Below, piece by piece: positions 10,202 through 20,190 of a stretch of DNA of 64,000 bases. The DNA is from Nitrosopumilus sp. (lineage in GTDB: Archaea > Thermoproteota > Nitrososphaeria > Nitrososphaerales > Nitrosopumilaceae). Within the stretch, counting starts at the first letter, position 1; the number at the start of each line of letters is the position of its first letter. Where the stretch lies: contig OZ242186.1 in NCBI GenBank assembly GCA_965205675.1, forward strand, positions 832,001 to 896,000, given 5' to 3'. The position numbers and the translations under genes were made by a program. Below the pieces are notes generated by a model. That model was given only the letters and a program-made list of their open reading frames with translations. It searched no databases and had not been told where the DNA came from.

Positions 10202-12262
10202 TTGGCAAGCGAGTATATGCTGGAAATAGAAGCTGAGATTCTGCCTTTTATCGCAGGTATTGCATCATTTCTAGTAGCTGGTGGCTTGGTTGCATGGATT
10301 GCAAAACAATCTGCAGGAACAAAAGAGATGATGGATATTTCCAACGCCGTCAAAGAAGGTGCTTCTGCATTCTTGAAAAGAGAAATGAAAATTATTGTTC
10401 CAGTTGCTATCGCATTATCTTTGATTATTGGTATTTTCTTAACTCCTTCAAATGGAATTGCATTTGCAGTTGGTGCTACATTATCTGCAGTAGCCGGAAT
10501 CATTTCATTAAAAATTACAGTAAAAGCAGCAGTAAGGGCTGCAAATCTTAGTGGCAGTGGACTTGGACAGACATTTGCTATGGCCTTTAGAGGTGGTGCG
10601 ACTGTAGGTTTAGCTGTTCCTGCAATGGCTTTATTGGCAATAACTGGACTTTATTTGATTTATCCTGACCCAATTACAATTGCAGGCGTAGGAATTGGAG
10701 CAAGTCTAATTGCGTTATTTATTCGAATTGGCGGCGGTATCTTTACAAAAGCAGCAGATATGGGTGCTGATTTGGTAGGAAAAGTTGAAGCAAACATTCC
10801 TGAAGACGATCCTAGAAATCCTGCAACTATTGCAGACAATGTTGGTGACAACGTAGGTGATGCAGCAGGAATGGGCTCTGACGTTTATGAGTCTTATATT
10901 GTAACTATACTTGCAGCCTTGCTAATTGCAGCATTAATTGGTGCATCAAACTTTTTCCTTTATCCTATCTTAATTGGTTCATCTGGAATGATTGCATCAA
11001 TTATTGGCGTTGTCATTATTGGCTCTAAGAATATCACTGATGTTATGAAACCTCTTAACCGTTCATTTTATGTTTCAGCTGCAATTGCAATTGGACTGAA
11101 TTATGTATTCATCACTCAGTTTATTGGAGATAATGTAACATCTTATGCTCTCTTTGGTTCTACCGTTATTGGTGTTATTCTTGTTCCAGTGATTCAAAAA
11201 ATTACAGACTACTATACTAGCTACAAACAAAAACCAGTCAATGAAATTGCAGACTCTGCAAAATGGGGATATGCATCATTAACTTTGATGGGAATCATCA
11301 AGGGAATGCAATCAACTGGACCATTTATGATTGCTTTAGTAGTTGCAATTATCGTATCTTATAGTCTCGCATCTGCTGCAGCTCCTGAAGGTGCAGACTC
11401 GGTACTTTACGGAATCTTTGGCACTGCTTTGACTGCTATGGCAATGCTGAGTCTTGCAGGAATTGTTCTTAGTATTGACGCATTTGGTCCAATTGCAGAT
11501 AATGCAGGTGGAATTGTTGAGATGACTGGAATGGGCGAAGAAAATCGTAAAGTTACAGATGAAATTGATGCTGTAGGAAATACTACCAAGGCTGTTACCA
11601 AGGGCTTTGCAATTGCTAGTGCTGCATTAGCTGCATTAGCGATGATTCAGGCATTCCAATTCGAAGCAGCACATGTCTTTGACGGTGTTTTGGATTTAGA
11701 TTATAGTTTGACTAATCCTGCAATTATTGTTGGGTTGCTAATTGGCGGTTTGATTCCATTTATCATTACAGGACAACTCATCAACGGTGTCTCAAGAGCT
11801 GCTGGGAAAATGGTTGATGAGGTCAGACGTCAGTTTAAAGCCGATGCCGAAATCCTTACTGGAAAATCAAAACCAGATTATGCTAAATGTGTAGATATTG
11901 CTACTGTAGCTTCACTTAAAGAACTATGGAAACCATCTATTGTTGCAATTATTGCTCCAATTATTTTAGGAATTTTACTAGGTCCTACAGCAGTAGCTGG
12001 ACTGCTGATGGGTTCAGTTGTTACTGGAATTTTACTTGCATATCACTTGGCAAATACTGGTGGTGCATGGGATAATGCAAAGAAGCTAGTTGAAATGAAA
12101 GGCAAGAAAGGCTCTGAAATTCACAAAGTTGCAGTAGTTGGTGACATCATTGGTGATCCTTACAAAGATACTGCCGGTCCTGCATTAAACACTGTCATCA
12201 AATTACTAAACACAATTGCAATTGTTTTTGTATCTGCTTTTGTTGCAGTTATTACTATCTAA
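10202..12262 (+). CDS. hppA: Membrane-integral H+-translocating pyrophosphatase, K+-independent signature (likely start ATG 10217)
   Basis: DMGADLVGKVE, DNVGDNVGD, GDPYKDTAGP; GNTTKA (Lys) marks the K+-independent class. Confidence 0.93.
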   Translation: MASEYMLEIEAEILPFIAGIASFLVAGGLVAWIAKQSAGTKEMMDISNAVKEGASAFLKREMKIIVPVAIALSLIIGIFLTPSNGIAFAVGATLSAVAGIISLKITVKAAVRAANLSGSGLGQTFAMAFRGGATVGLAVPAMALLAITGLYLIYPDPITIAGVGIGASLIALFIRIGGGIFTKAADMGADLVGKVEANIPEDDPRNPATIADNVGDNVGDAAGMGSDVYESYIVTILAALLIAALIGASNFFLYPILIGSSGMIASIIGVVIIGSKNITDVMKPLNRSFYVSAAIAIGLNYVFITQFIGDNVTSYALFGSTVIGVILVPVIQKITDYYTSYKQKPVNEIADSAKWGYASLTLMGIIKGMQSTGPFMIALVVAIIVSYSLASAAAPEGADSVLYGIFGTALTAMAMLSLAGIVLSIDAFGPIADNAGGIVEMTGMGEENRKVTDEIDAVGNTTKAVTKGFAIASAALAALAMIQAFQFEAAHVFDGVLDLDYSLTNPAIIVGLLIGGLIPFIITGQLINGVSRAAGKMVDEVRRQFKADAEILTGKSKPDYAKCVDIATVASLKELWKPSIVAIIAPIILGILLGPTAVAGLLMGSVVTGILLAYHLANTGGAWDNAKKLVEMKGKKGSEIHKVAVVGDIIGDPYKDTAGPALNTVIKLLNTIAIVFVSAFVAVITI

Positions 12263-12441
12263 CTTTCCACAGTTATTGTCATATCTAATTCATCAATTTG
12301 TTCTTGGATTGCTCTTTGTAAAGTAGTATTGTGCATGTCACAAAATTTGAAATAATTGTCAGCTGTTTGAAAACATCCACAAATCCACTTTGTTTTCTTT
12401 TCTCCTTCAACTGTCCACTTTGAATATTTGGTATCAGGCAT
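12259..12441 (-). CDS. Small Cys/His-containing hypothetical protein
   Basis: 60-aa ORF with WICGC...FCDMH. Confidence 0.65.
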   Translation of the reverse strand: MPDTKYSKWTVEGEKKTKWICGCFQTADNYFKFCDMHNTTLQRAIQEQIDELDMTITVES

Positions 12442-12498
12442 GTTTTATTTTATTATCCTTGATCTAAAAATATGTTTTTGAATAAAAAGTAAAAATGA

Positions 12499-12768
12499 TT
12501 AAGGACAGCCTTCCATCTTTTGGATAAAGTAGCCTTTCTCCTTAATTGCCTGCTCAACAGGTTCTGGTGCTCCTTGTGAATGACAGAATTGACATTCGTT
12601 AGTAGTCATCTCTGTATTTCCTTCACCAATGGATTGTAACCATTCTTTACCATATGTAATGGCTTTATCGTGATCTTTTTCACCAGTAATTACATCAAAA
12701 TGCATGGTGTGACCATCTGCTGCTTTGACATAAGTGTCGTATACGTGAATTTCCATGATTGTAATCAA
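12499..12768 (-). CDS. DUF2024 family protein
   Basis: VYDTYVK...MHFDV...CQFCHS motif. Confidence 0.8.
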   Translation of the reverse strand: MITIMEIHVYDTYVKAADGHTMHFDVITGEKDHDKAITYGKEWLQSIGEGNTEMTTNECQFCHSQGAPEPVEQAIKEKGYFIQKMEGCP

Positions 12769-12790
12769 AAAGAGGGATATTTAATAATAT

Positions 12791-13868
12791 AGACCTCTTG
12801 CGCAATTAGACATAAGACCTCTTGCGTAATTAGAACCAAAATCTCACCTTCTGTCTCATTTAACATTCAATCATTCTAAGACATTACGGGATCACAACAA
12901 ACTCTTGTTTCTGTCTTGTTCAAGTTGACAATTCCACACATGATCACTTATTCCATCATATACAATCTATTCCTGAATGTCTCTGAATTAATTCTGAAAT
13001 TTTAATTTGAGAGATGATGTGTTCCACTTTTATGATTTTTGACTGTATTTTGTTCCATTTCTTTTGTGATATGGTCAGATTTCTTTCTTTTTCTTGTATG
13101 GTGGAATGCTTGTCTGCTTTGGAAAGTCTTTTTCCACTCCCAGATACCCAAGGTCATAAAATATCATTACATCTTCGTGCAGTTTCAGATGTCTGATTTT
13201 CAGTATCACACAATCATGTTACCTGGAGAATGGGGAGATTTGGATTATCTCACCTTTCTGGTTTACGGCGATTTGGTTTTTTATTGTGTGTTTTTTCTTT
13301 TTGCCTGAATAGTGAATCTTTTCTTTTTGTTCTGGAGTCTTGGGATTGACTGTTCAGTACCATCAGTCATTGTAATCAATCCTGGAAAGAACAGTTGCAG
13401 TTGCTGTACATCATTTATTTTTTTAGAATCCGAGTATAGTTTTGAAGGAATAGGAATTGATTTTCTTACTGCAGGCTCTAAATTTGATGTTTCTGTAGAC
13501 GTTGCTCTGGTCCAATCCAAACAAATACCCTGTCAATTCACATGTCAGGTACGTCCGATAGTAAACAAACAACATTACAAGCTGGTCTTCAAGACTCAAA
13601 CCAAACTTTCGCCCAGCTCCGATACTTCTTTTTCTCTTTGCTTTGGATAGTCTCTTCTTTTCTTCTATACGGTGATTCTTTCTGACATCCTTTAGAATCG
13701 CATCAAACTGTTGCCTAGTCACTCCAGTAAAAGAGAGAAATGATTTTGGCTTTTTTGAGAGTTGCTTGTATGTTAACATGAAATGTGTTAGGTTGTTCTT
13801 AGCTTTGGATCTTGCTGTGAAGGAATTTGTGTAATATGGTAAAATATGTCTAATTGCGCAAGAGGTCT
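12791..13868 (-). mobile_element. IS5-family element (HTH_Tnp_4/DDE_Tnp_4-type, 'IS5-a'), decayed copy 12815-13868 plus an orphan 24-bp left end at 12791-12814
   Basis: TIRs AGACCTCTTGCG(C/T)AATTAGA; fragmented ORFs 13423-13779 and 13281-13520 (TDGTEQ); homologous to 62070-63147. Confidence 0.88.
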
Positions 13869-13869
13869 A

Positions 13870-13980
13870 TTGAGTTGGGGAAATATTGATGATTTCTAGG
13901 AAAGATGCCGTATGTGCCACAAATCAGGAGACAAATGTGATCTAGCAAATTTCACATGTAGAGAGGAGCGTCTAGATTAA
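13870..13980 (+). pseudogene. Cys-rich microprotein (36 codons) with in-frame TAG at codon 10
   Basis: TTG-initiated frame MSWGNIDDF*ERCRMCHKSGDKCDLANFTCREERLD, starting 2 bp after the IS end. Confidence 0.45.
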
Positions 13981-14041
13981 AGAATTAGGAAACAAAGTTG
14001 TGTTAGTTACAGATATAATGAAACAAACTTTTTCATAAAAT

Positions 14042-14446
14042 ATGTCAGCAGGACCGCAAATGCCCCCATGGATTCAAGAGCAATTAATGAAGATGCAACA
14101 GTCTCAACAAAGCCTTCAATCCCTAATGACTCAAAAACAACATCTTGAAATTGAAAAAGCCGAAACTGAGAAAGCTCTTGAAGAATTAAAAAAAGTCACT
14201 GATGGGGATACTGTCTTTAAACAGGCTGGTACTGTTTTAATTAAATCAAAAAAACAGGAATTAATTGATGAATTAGAAGAACGAATTGAACTCACAAAAA
14301 CACGTGTTGTTGTTCTTGATAAACAAGAAATACGTCTCACAGAAACTCTCAAAGAGCAAGAAGCTAAAATCACTGAATTGATGAAAAGCAGCTCTAGTGG
14401 CCGTGCTCCTGATTCCTCCCCTTCAGAAGACAATCCTAGAAAATAG
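14042..14446 (+). CDS. pfdB: Prefoldin beta subunit
   Basis: Coiled coils around ALEEL...VFKQAGTVLI. Confidence 0.92.
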   Translation: MSAGPQMPPWIQEQLMKMQQSQQSLQSLMTQKQHLEIEKAETEKALEELKKVTDGDTVFKQAGTVLIKSKKQELIDELEERIELTKTRVVVLDKQEIRLTETLKEQEAKITELMKSSSSGRAPDSSPSEDNPRK

Positions 14447-14497
14447 TTTTCCAACTAATTTCATACAAAATATTAACAATTCTTTCTTAGATGTACT

Positions 14498-15184
14498 GTG
14501 AATTTAGGAGATCTTCGTATTGTTGTCGATGAGAGAGAAAAAAAAAGTGGCATTCCTGATTTACTAAAATCTGTTGGATTGAACCTTGAGATGAAAACCT
14601 TGCCTATCGGAGATTATATTGTTGCGCCTGAAACCATTGTTGAACGAAAAAGCATTCGTGATCTAATGGCTTCTGTTTTTGATGGTAGGCTCTTTGATCA
14701 ATGTTCTAGATTAAAAGAACATTTTGAACATCCTATAGTTCTAATGGAAGGAAACGTTGATGAAATTGAAGAGATCACTGAAAATCCTATGACTTTTTAT
14801 GGTGCTATTTCCACGGTAGTACTTGATTTTAAAATTCCTGTAATTCCTACTCCTAGTGCAGCACATACTGCTAAATTATTAATCTCTCTGTGTTCTAAAA
14901 AAGACTCTTCAAAAGGCCCATATCTCAAAAAAATTAAAAAATCTTCCAATTTAGAAAAACAACAGCTTTCTATTCTTTGTAGTTTGCCTGGAGTTGGAGA
15001 GAAATTTGCAATTAGAATGCTAACAAAATTTGGTACTCCACTGAAAGTTTTTAGTGCAACTATTGCTGAACTATCTAAAGTTGAAGGTTTGGGTGAAACT
15101 CGCGCCAAAAAAATCAAAAAAGTTTTAGATTCTAAAAATAAATTTCTAAAGACATCTAATCAAAAAACTTTACATGATTCTTGA
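14498..15184 (+). CDS. xpf: XPF/ERCC4 structure-specific endonuclease with HhH domains
   Basis: VVDERE, GDYIV, VERKSIRD; HhH motifs LPGVG and VEGLG. Confidence 0.9.
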   Translation: MNLGDLRIVVDEREKKSGIPDLLKSVGLNLEMKTLPIGDYIVAPETIVERKSIRDLMASVFDGRLFDQCSRLKEHFEHPIVLMEGNVDEIEEITENPMTFYGAISTVVLDFKIPVIPTPSAAHTAKLLISLCSKKDSSKGPYLKKIKKSSNLEKQQLSILCSLPGVGEKFAIRMLTKFGTPLKVFSATIAELSKVEGLGETRAKKIKKVLDSKNKFLKTSNQKTLHDS

Positions 15185-15236
15185 ATCTATTTTTTAAACT
15201 TGATTGTTATTCGTATGATTTATGTACTGATCGTAT

Positions 15237-15443
15237 TTGGACACTCGTATGAATTGTTGTAAAAATTCCTGTATGGATTTTCAAAAAGGGGATAATTCTA
15301 GAGTTTATACCGACAATGGGTGCTTTTGCAGAAATTGTGACTATTATTTTAAAGAGTTATTCATACGATGTCCTTGTTGCAATACTTTGACCAGACATAA
15401 TACTAGAAACAATAAAGAACAAAAAACATTTTGTAGAATCTGA
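15237..15443 (+). CDS. Small Cys-rich Zn-finger hypothetical protein
   Basis: CCxxxC...CRNC...CPCC pattern. Confidence 0.6.
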   Translation: MDTRMNCCKNSCMDFQKGDNSRVYTDNGCFCRNCDYYFKELFIRCPCCNTLTRHNTRNNKEQKTFCRI

Positions 15444-15458
15444 GTCTCTACAGTTTTT

Positions 15459-15944
15459 CTAAGCATTTGTTTTTAATAATTTCCTTCTCAGTGATGTTCC
15501 ACACATTGGACATTCTTTCCCGACTGTATAATTTGTTCTACATCCTGGACAATAATGAATCCATTTTCCAACATCTTTTATCCCCTTTGTCATAATGGGT
15601 AAAATATCCAAACTTAAATTTTTAGCCACATTTGAGACTGCAAAATCATCACTAATTATTTGTCCTTTCATCTCAATACATAATGCGATAATTGAGATAT
15701 CCTGTTTTGATAATTGTGGAAAATCCCCTGTATTTTTTGATGCTTTAATCGCATTTTTTATTGATTCTGAGTCTGGCTCTCTTATTTTTAGTCTGTTTGT
15801 TTCAAGTAAGATTCCTATTGCATCATGATTTTTTTTAATGTGTTTTATTTCATCATAAACTAATGATGTTGTATAGCAATCTTCAGATGTTCTAAATGGA
15901 ACTCCTGCATAAAATGCACTTGCATCTAAAATTTTAAAATCCAA
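15459..15944 (-). CDS. nob1: Nob1-type PIN/Zn-ribbon rRNA processing endonuclease
   Basis: ILDASAF, LSKQDISIIAL, SDDFAVSNVA, CPGC..CPMCG. Confidence 0.88.
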   Translation of the reverse strand: MDFKILDASAFYAGVPFRTSEDCYTTSLVYDEIKHIKKNHDAIGILLETNRLKIREPDSESIKNAIKASKNTGDFPQLSKQDISIIALCIEMKGQIISDDFAVSNVAKNLSLDILPIMTKGIKDVGKWIHYCPGCRTNYTVGKECPMCGTSLRRKLLKTNA

Positions 15945-16749
15945 GTTTGCCCATCTGTCTTAATCCTCTTTTCTTCAATCTTAAAAAGACTGCATGTTTC
16001 TTGTATTTTTTAATGGTTATTGCTTCTTCATATCCTGCTGTTTTTACAACTTGTGCATCCATTGTAATGTTACAATCATGTGAACACACAATTTCAATTT
16101 GTTCATCTGGAACAATTAATGATGCCAATCTGTATACTGGTGCAACCGGTGTTATGATCAAAACATCTAAACTTTCATGTAGAATTGGACCTCCTAATGA
16201 AAATGAATGTCCTGTAGAACCACTTGGCGTTGCAATTATTACTCCGTCCATCTTTTGTTTTACTGTATCATCTTGAAATTTTATCTTAATTTCTGCTGTT
16301 TTAGTCAAGTTTGTTCTACTGATGTAAATTTCATTTAATGCTGGTGGAAATTCTTTTCCTCCACAAGATGCTATCACGCGTGTTCTTTTATCTAAAAAGA
16401 AATTATCTTTTAAAATTTGGTTTATTGCTTCATCTATTTCCTCAATAGTAATCTCTGCTAAAATTCCTCTGTTTCCTCCTACATTGATGGTAAGAATCGG
16501 TGTTTCATTTTCTAAATTCCTAAATACACGAAGAGTGGTTCCATCTCCTCCAAGTGTAATTACCAAATCAAGTTTTTCTTTTCTCAATTCCTCTAACGTC
16601 TCCATTTGTTTGGCTCCTTCAACTTCTACTGGAGAAATTGTGTATACTGTTGATTTTTTTGTTAACAGCTTCTTTGTAACTTCTTTTGCAGCTTGTTCTG
16701 AATCCTTTGATCCCACCTTGCTAACCACTGCTACTTTTTGTAATTTCAA
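15934..16749 (-). CDS. nadK: NAD(+) kinase
   Basis: GGDGT, ALNE, DGVIIATPSGSTGHSFSLGGP. Confidence 0.93.
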   Translation of the reverse strand: MKLQKVAVVSKVGSKDSEQAAKEVTKKLLTKKSTVYTISPVEVEGAKQMETLEELRKEKLDLVITLGGDGTTLRVFRNLENETPILTINVGGNRGILAEITIEEIDEAINQILKDNFFLDKRTRVIASCGGKEFPPALNEIYISRTNLTKTAEIKIKFQDDTVKQKMDGVIIATPSGSTGHSFSLGGPILHESLDVLIITPVAPVYRLASLIVPDEQIEIVCSHDCNITMDAQVVKTAGYEEAITIKKYKKHAVFLRLKKRGLRQMGKLGF

Positions 16750-16794
16750 GCCCGTTCTTCTAAAGTCTGTTTACATAAATACTCTCACCTGAAA

Positions 16795-17473
16795 GGGTGT
16801 GTCCTAAAACTATCCTCTAACATGTTTTGTAACCTCCATCAAATTAACAACTCGTATGTTGTAACAAATTACACGCAACGCCAACTCTTTTCTTTGAACC
16901 AGCTTGTTTTTTGATGACAAGCTATTTCCAAAGATTCCTTTGAGTACTGCAAATCCTGATTCAACAAGTGACCTCTTGTGACAATGTCTGTCAAATTCAT
17001 CTTGATTGTCCTGGAATAATGTTATCATTTTTTTCCATGATGCAGAGCCTTTGGGATTTCTAACTGTGTTCTTCTTTGGTTTGATGTATGGTATCTTTTG
17101 CAGAGTAGCTACCATATTGCAAATGTCTCGTGACAAATATGCAGGATCTGCACAAAAATCATCAATTCCCTTTGGAATGTCTTTGATTAGTTTTTTGAGA
17201 ATTGGTGCATCGCCACGAGTTCCTTTGGCAATGTCAAAAGATACTATTGCCATGGACTGTATTGCAATTAGGATGTGCAGTTTTAGATATAATTTCTTGG
17301 ATTTGTGCGTGTTTGTCTTGATATCAAACCAAGCCTCACATCTTTTGGTACCAAATCCTGAACTGTCAGGAACTATGTCTTTTTTTTGATTGGTTCTGTG
17401 AGTTTTGCGTTTACCTTTTTCAAATAAGGCATTGGAATTCTTTTTAGACTGTCATTAATGACAGTCTTGCTTG
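16795..17473 (-). mobile_element. Second IS5-family element ('IS5-b', IS903/ISH1-like DDE), 5' half lost at the IS66 junction
   Basis: ORF 16810-17253 (ADPAY, KRSLVESGF) plus frameshifted upstream DSSGF...KLH; putative terminus GGGTGTGTCCTAAAA at 16795. Confidence 0.8.
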
Positions 17474-18884
17474 GTAACTGTCTAGAGTTTTGAAGTTGTT
17501 TATCTGATATTTTTCATCAATATCTTTTCTGATCAGTGATAAATTACAATATACAATTGTCAGTATATGATGAGCTGGAATATTATCGCAACAGATGTCA
17601 CTGGTTGGAGCAAGAAAACCGTCAGTTACGCAAAGATATTGAATCACTACACAGAGAAATTGCAGAACTAAAACAAACAGTGTCTACACTTGTTGCAAGA
17701 AATATCAAAGCAAAACCAAACAAGACTGAAACTGCAAAAAAGAAGAAAACATCAAGACATCCTAGAAAAAGCAGAAGCAGACGGGCACACATTGATGATG
17801 CCATTACAGTTGACCAAAAAGAGTGCAACACATGTGGCAAATCACTCTCAGAACCAACTGATTCATACACCAGAATAGTAGAAGACATCATTCCTGCAAA
17901 AGCAGTTGTGACAAAATATACGATAGTTAGACGATACTGCACAAACTGCAAAAAACAAATCTCGGGTAACATTCACACTGTACTGTCAAATGAAAGGTTT
18001 GGAATTAGGCTCATGGTGCTAATCATATCACTGAAAACTATCGGATTATCGTATGGTAAAATATCTCATCTTTTGCAGATGCTCTTCTCACTGCACATTA
18101 CAGAATCTGCAATTAATCATGCAGTATCAACAGTATCAAAAGCATTTGGGAGCAGATATGATACAATGATTGTGGAGTTAAAAGAAGATCTAAACATACA
18201 TGGTGATGAGACAAGTTGGAGGGTAGATGGCCAGAACCACTGGTTGTGGGCATTTGTGAGTAAATGGACTGTAATTTACGAGATTGACAAATCACGTTCA
18301 ATGGATGTTCCCAAGAGAATTCTCAAGGGATATGATGGCAACATTACAAGTGATTCGTACCCTGCATGGAACCATGTTGGAAACACTCACCAGAAATGTC
18401 ACATCCATTATCTCAGAGAGGTTAATGATACCATTAATCACAAGAATCCCGGACCAGAATTTGCACCATTTGCCAAGAATCTCAAGAAAATAATTTATGA
18501 CTCTCATGGTGTGGCAAAAATAAAATCAGAATCAGAAAGAATTCATGCAAAAAAGAATCTTGAAAGGAGAATTAATCACATCATATCAAAAAAATACACA
18601 GAGAAAAACTGTATCAGGTTTGTAAAAAGATTGAAACGTGAGAGAAAAATGCTTTTTACATTCCTAATTACTGGAACTGACTCGCATAACAACACAGCAG
18701 AGAGGGCAATCAGACCAAATGTGATAATTCGTAAAATTACAAACGGTCATAGAACCATTCATGGTGCTGATTCTCATAAGATACTGATGAGTATAAAGGA
18801 GACATGCAGATTACGAGGATTAAACTTTCATGATTATTCTTTAGAATATCTTGGAGATTTTACTTCAAAACTCTAGACAGTTAC
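17474..18884 (+). mobile_element. IS66-family element, single-gene (ISBst12-like) type, 1411 bp
   Basis: Perfect 23-bp TIRs GTAACTGTCTAGAGTTTTGAAGT; one long transposase ORF; no matching 8-bp TSD. Confidence 0.93.
17536..18876 (+). CDS. IS66 transposase (intact)
   Basis: Leucine zipper, CxxC Zn finger, HGDETSW, SDSY, QKCHIHYLRE, NNTAERAIR. Confidence 0.93.
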   Translation: MINYNIQLSVYDELEYYRNRCHWLEQENRQLRKDIESLHREIAELKQTVSTLVARNIKAKPNKTETAKKKKTSRHPRKSRSRRAHIDDAITVDQKECNTCGKSLSEPTDSYTRIVEDIIPAKAVVTKYTIVRRYCTNCKKQISGNIHTVLSNERFGIRLMVLIISLKTIGLSYGKISHLLQMLFSLHITESAINHAVSTVSKAFGSRYDTMIVELKEDLNIHGDETSWRVDGQNHWLWAFVSKWTVIYEIDKSRSMDVPKRILKGYDGNITSDSYPAWNHVGNTHQKCHIHYLREVNDTINHKNPGPEFAPFAKNLKKIIYDSHGVAKIKSESERIHAKKNLERRINHIISKKYTEKNCIRFVKRLKRERKMLFTFLITGTDSHNNTAERAIRPNVIIRKITNGHRTIHGADSHKILMSIKETCRLRGLNFHDYSLEYLGDFTSKL

Positions 18885-18948
18885 CTTTTCATCTAATATC
18901 GACATAAAAATAATATCTTTTCATCTAATATCGACATAAAAATGATAT
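18885..18948. repeat. 32-bp tandem duplication adjoining the IS66 right end
   Basis: CTTTTCATCTAATATCGACATAAAAAT(A/G)ATAT x2, one mismatch. Confidence 0.9.
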
Positions 18949-19001
18949 TTCTGTCATTTTTTGGAAAAACAAATAAGTATGAAAACAAATCCGTACAAAT
19001 T

Positions 19002-19847
19002 ATGAGTTATGCACATCCTGAAGTTCTCGTTGATACAGAATGGGTATCACAAAACCTTCCAAGTGAAAATAGAAAATTAATTGAAGTTGATTATGATCCC
19101 GTAAACGGATATCAAAAAGGCCACATTAATGGTGCCAGTTTAATCTGGTGGAAACGAGACATCAATGATCCTGTTAGAAGAGATATCATTAGCAAAAAAG
19201 AATTTGAAGCATTAATGTCAAAAAATGGAATTACAGCAGATACTGAAGTTATTCTTTATGGTGATTTTAACAATTGGTTTGCAGCATTTGTCTTTTGGGT
19301 CTTCAAAATCTATGGACATGAAAATCTAAAGATTATGAATGGTGGAAGGAAAAAATGGGAATTAGAAAACAAACACTATACTACTGATGAACCGCAAATA
19401 AATGCAACGAATTATGTTGCACAACCTCCAGATGAGGGATTACGTGCATATCTATTTGATGTTAATAGGGCATTAGGAAAAGAAGACACTGTCATGGTTG
19501 ATGTAAGATCTCCTGCAGAATTTACTGGTCAAATCACTGCCCCTCCTGAATATCCAATGGAGCATGCACAACGTGGAGGCCATATTCCTGACGCAAACAA
19601 TATCCCGTGGATAACTGCAGTTAATGATGCAGATGGAACATTTAAGACAGTTGAAGAGTTAAAACAAAACTATGAATCAAAAGGCGTTACTCCTGACAAA
19701 GACGTAATTTGTTATTGTAGGATTGGAGAGCGTTCATCACATAGTTGGTTTGTATTGAAATATCTACTTGGTTATTCCAAAGTCCGAAACTATGATGGCT
19801 CTTGGACTGAGTGGGGAAACATGATAGGCAGCCCCGTGGAAAAATAA
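19002..19847 (+). CDS. Tandem-domain rhodanese / thiosulfate sulfurtransferase
   Basis: MSYAHPEVLV start, GHINGA, DVRSPAEF, active-site YCRIGERS, YDGSWTEW. Confidence 0.93.
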   Translation: MSYAHPEVLVDTEWVSQNLPSENRKLIEVDYDPVNGYQKGHINGASLIWWKRDINDPVRRDIISKKEFEALMSKNGITADTEVILYGDFNNWFAAFVFWVFKIYGHENLKIMNGGRKKWELENKHYTTDEPQINATNYVAQPPDEGLRAYLFDVNRALGKEDTVMVDVRSPAEFTGQITAPPEYPMEHAQRGGHIPDANNIPWITAVNDADGTFKTVEELKQNYESKGVTPDKDVICYCRIGERSSHSWFVLKYLLGYSKVRNYDGSWTEWGNMIGSPVEK

Positions 19848-19848
19848 A

Positions 19849-20154
19849 TTGCTTTTAGATCTTCCTATACTTGAAAACGGTTCTTTCTATTTTATCAAAG
19901 ATGGTGAGTCTGATATTATTATGGAGGATAAAACAAAACGTGGTCTTGAAATTAAAGAAACTTCTATTGATGAAAAAATTAATGTCAAAGCCGACAAAGG
20001 AATGATTTACGATATGGATGGAATTGGCCATTGGGTTCCTATTCGCTGGTATTTCTCAAAAGATCTCTATAATCTACCTCAAGTACTCATTCATGCAAAA
20101 GCAATGGAAAAAAAATACATAAAACTACGAGAACTTACCTGCCCTGATGACTGA
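19849..20154 (+). CDS. Hypothetical protein in the rhodanese operon
   Basis: Starts 2 bp after the rhodanese stop; ends ELTCPDD. Confidence 0.75.
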   Translation: MLLDLPILENGSFYFIKDGESDIIMEDKTKRGLEIKETSIDEKINVKADKGMIYDMDGIGHWVPIRWYFSKDLYNLPQVLIHAKAMEKKYIKLRELTCPDD

Positions 20155-20190
20155 TAACCTTTTTAACTAAAATAAAATTAAGAGCATTAG

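Noticed and set aside
13897-13899. In-frame TAG as pyrrolysine recoding
   Set aside because: No pyl genes here or known in this lineage; TAG is an ordinary stop elsewhere in the window; a nonsense mutation is simpler
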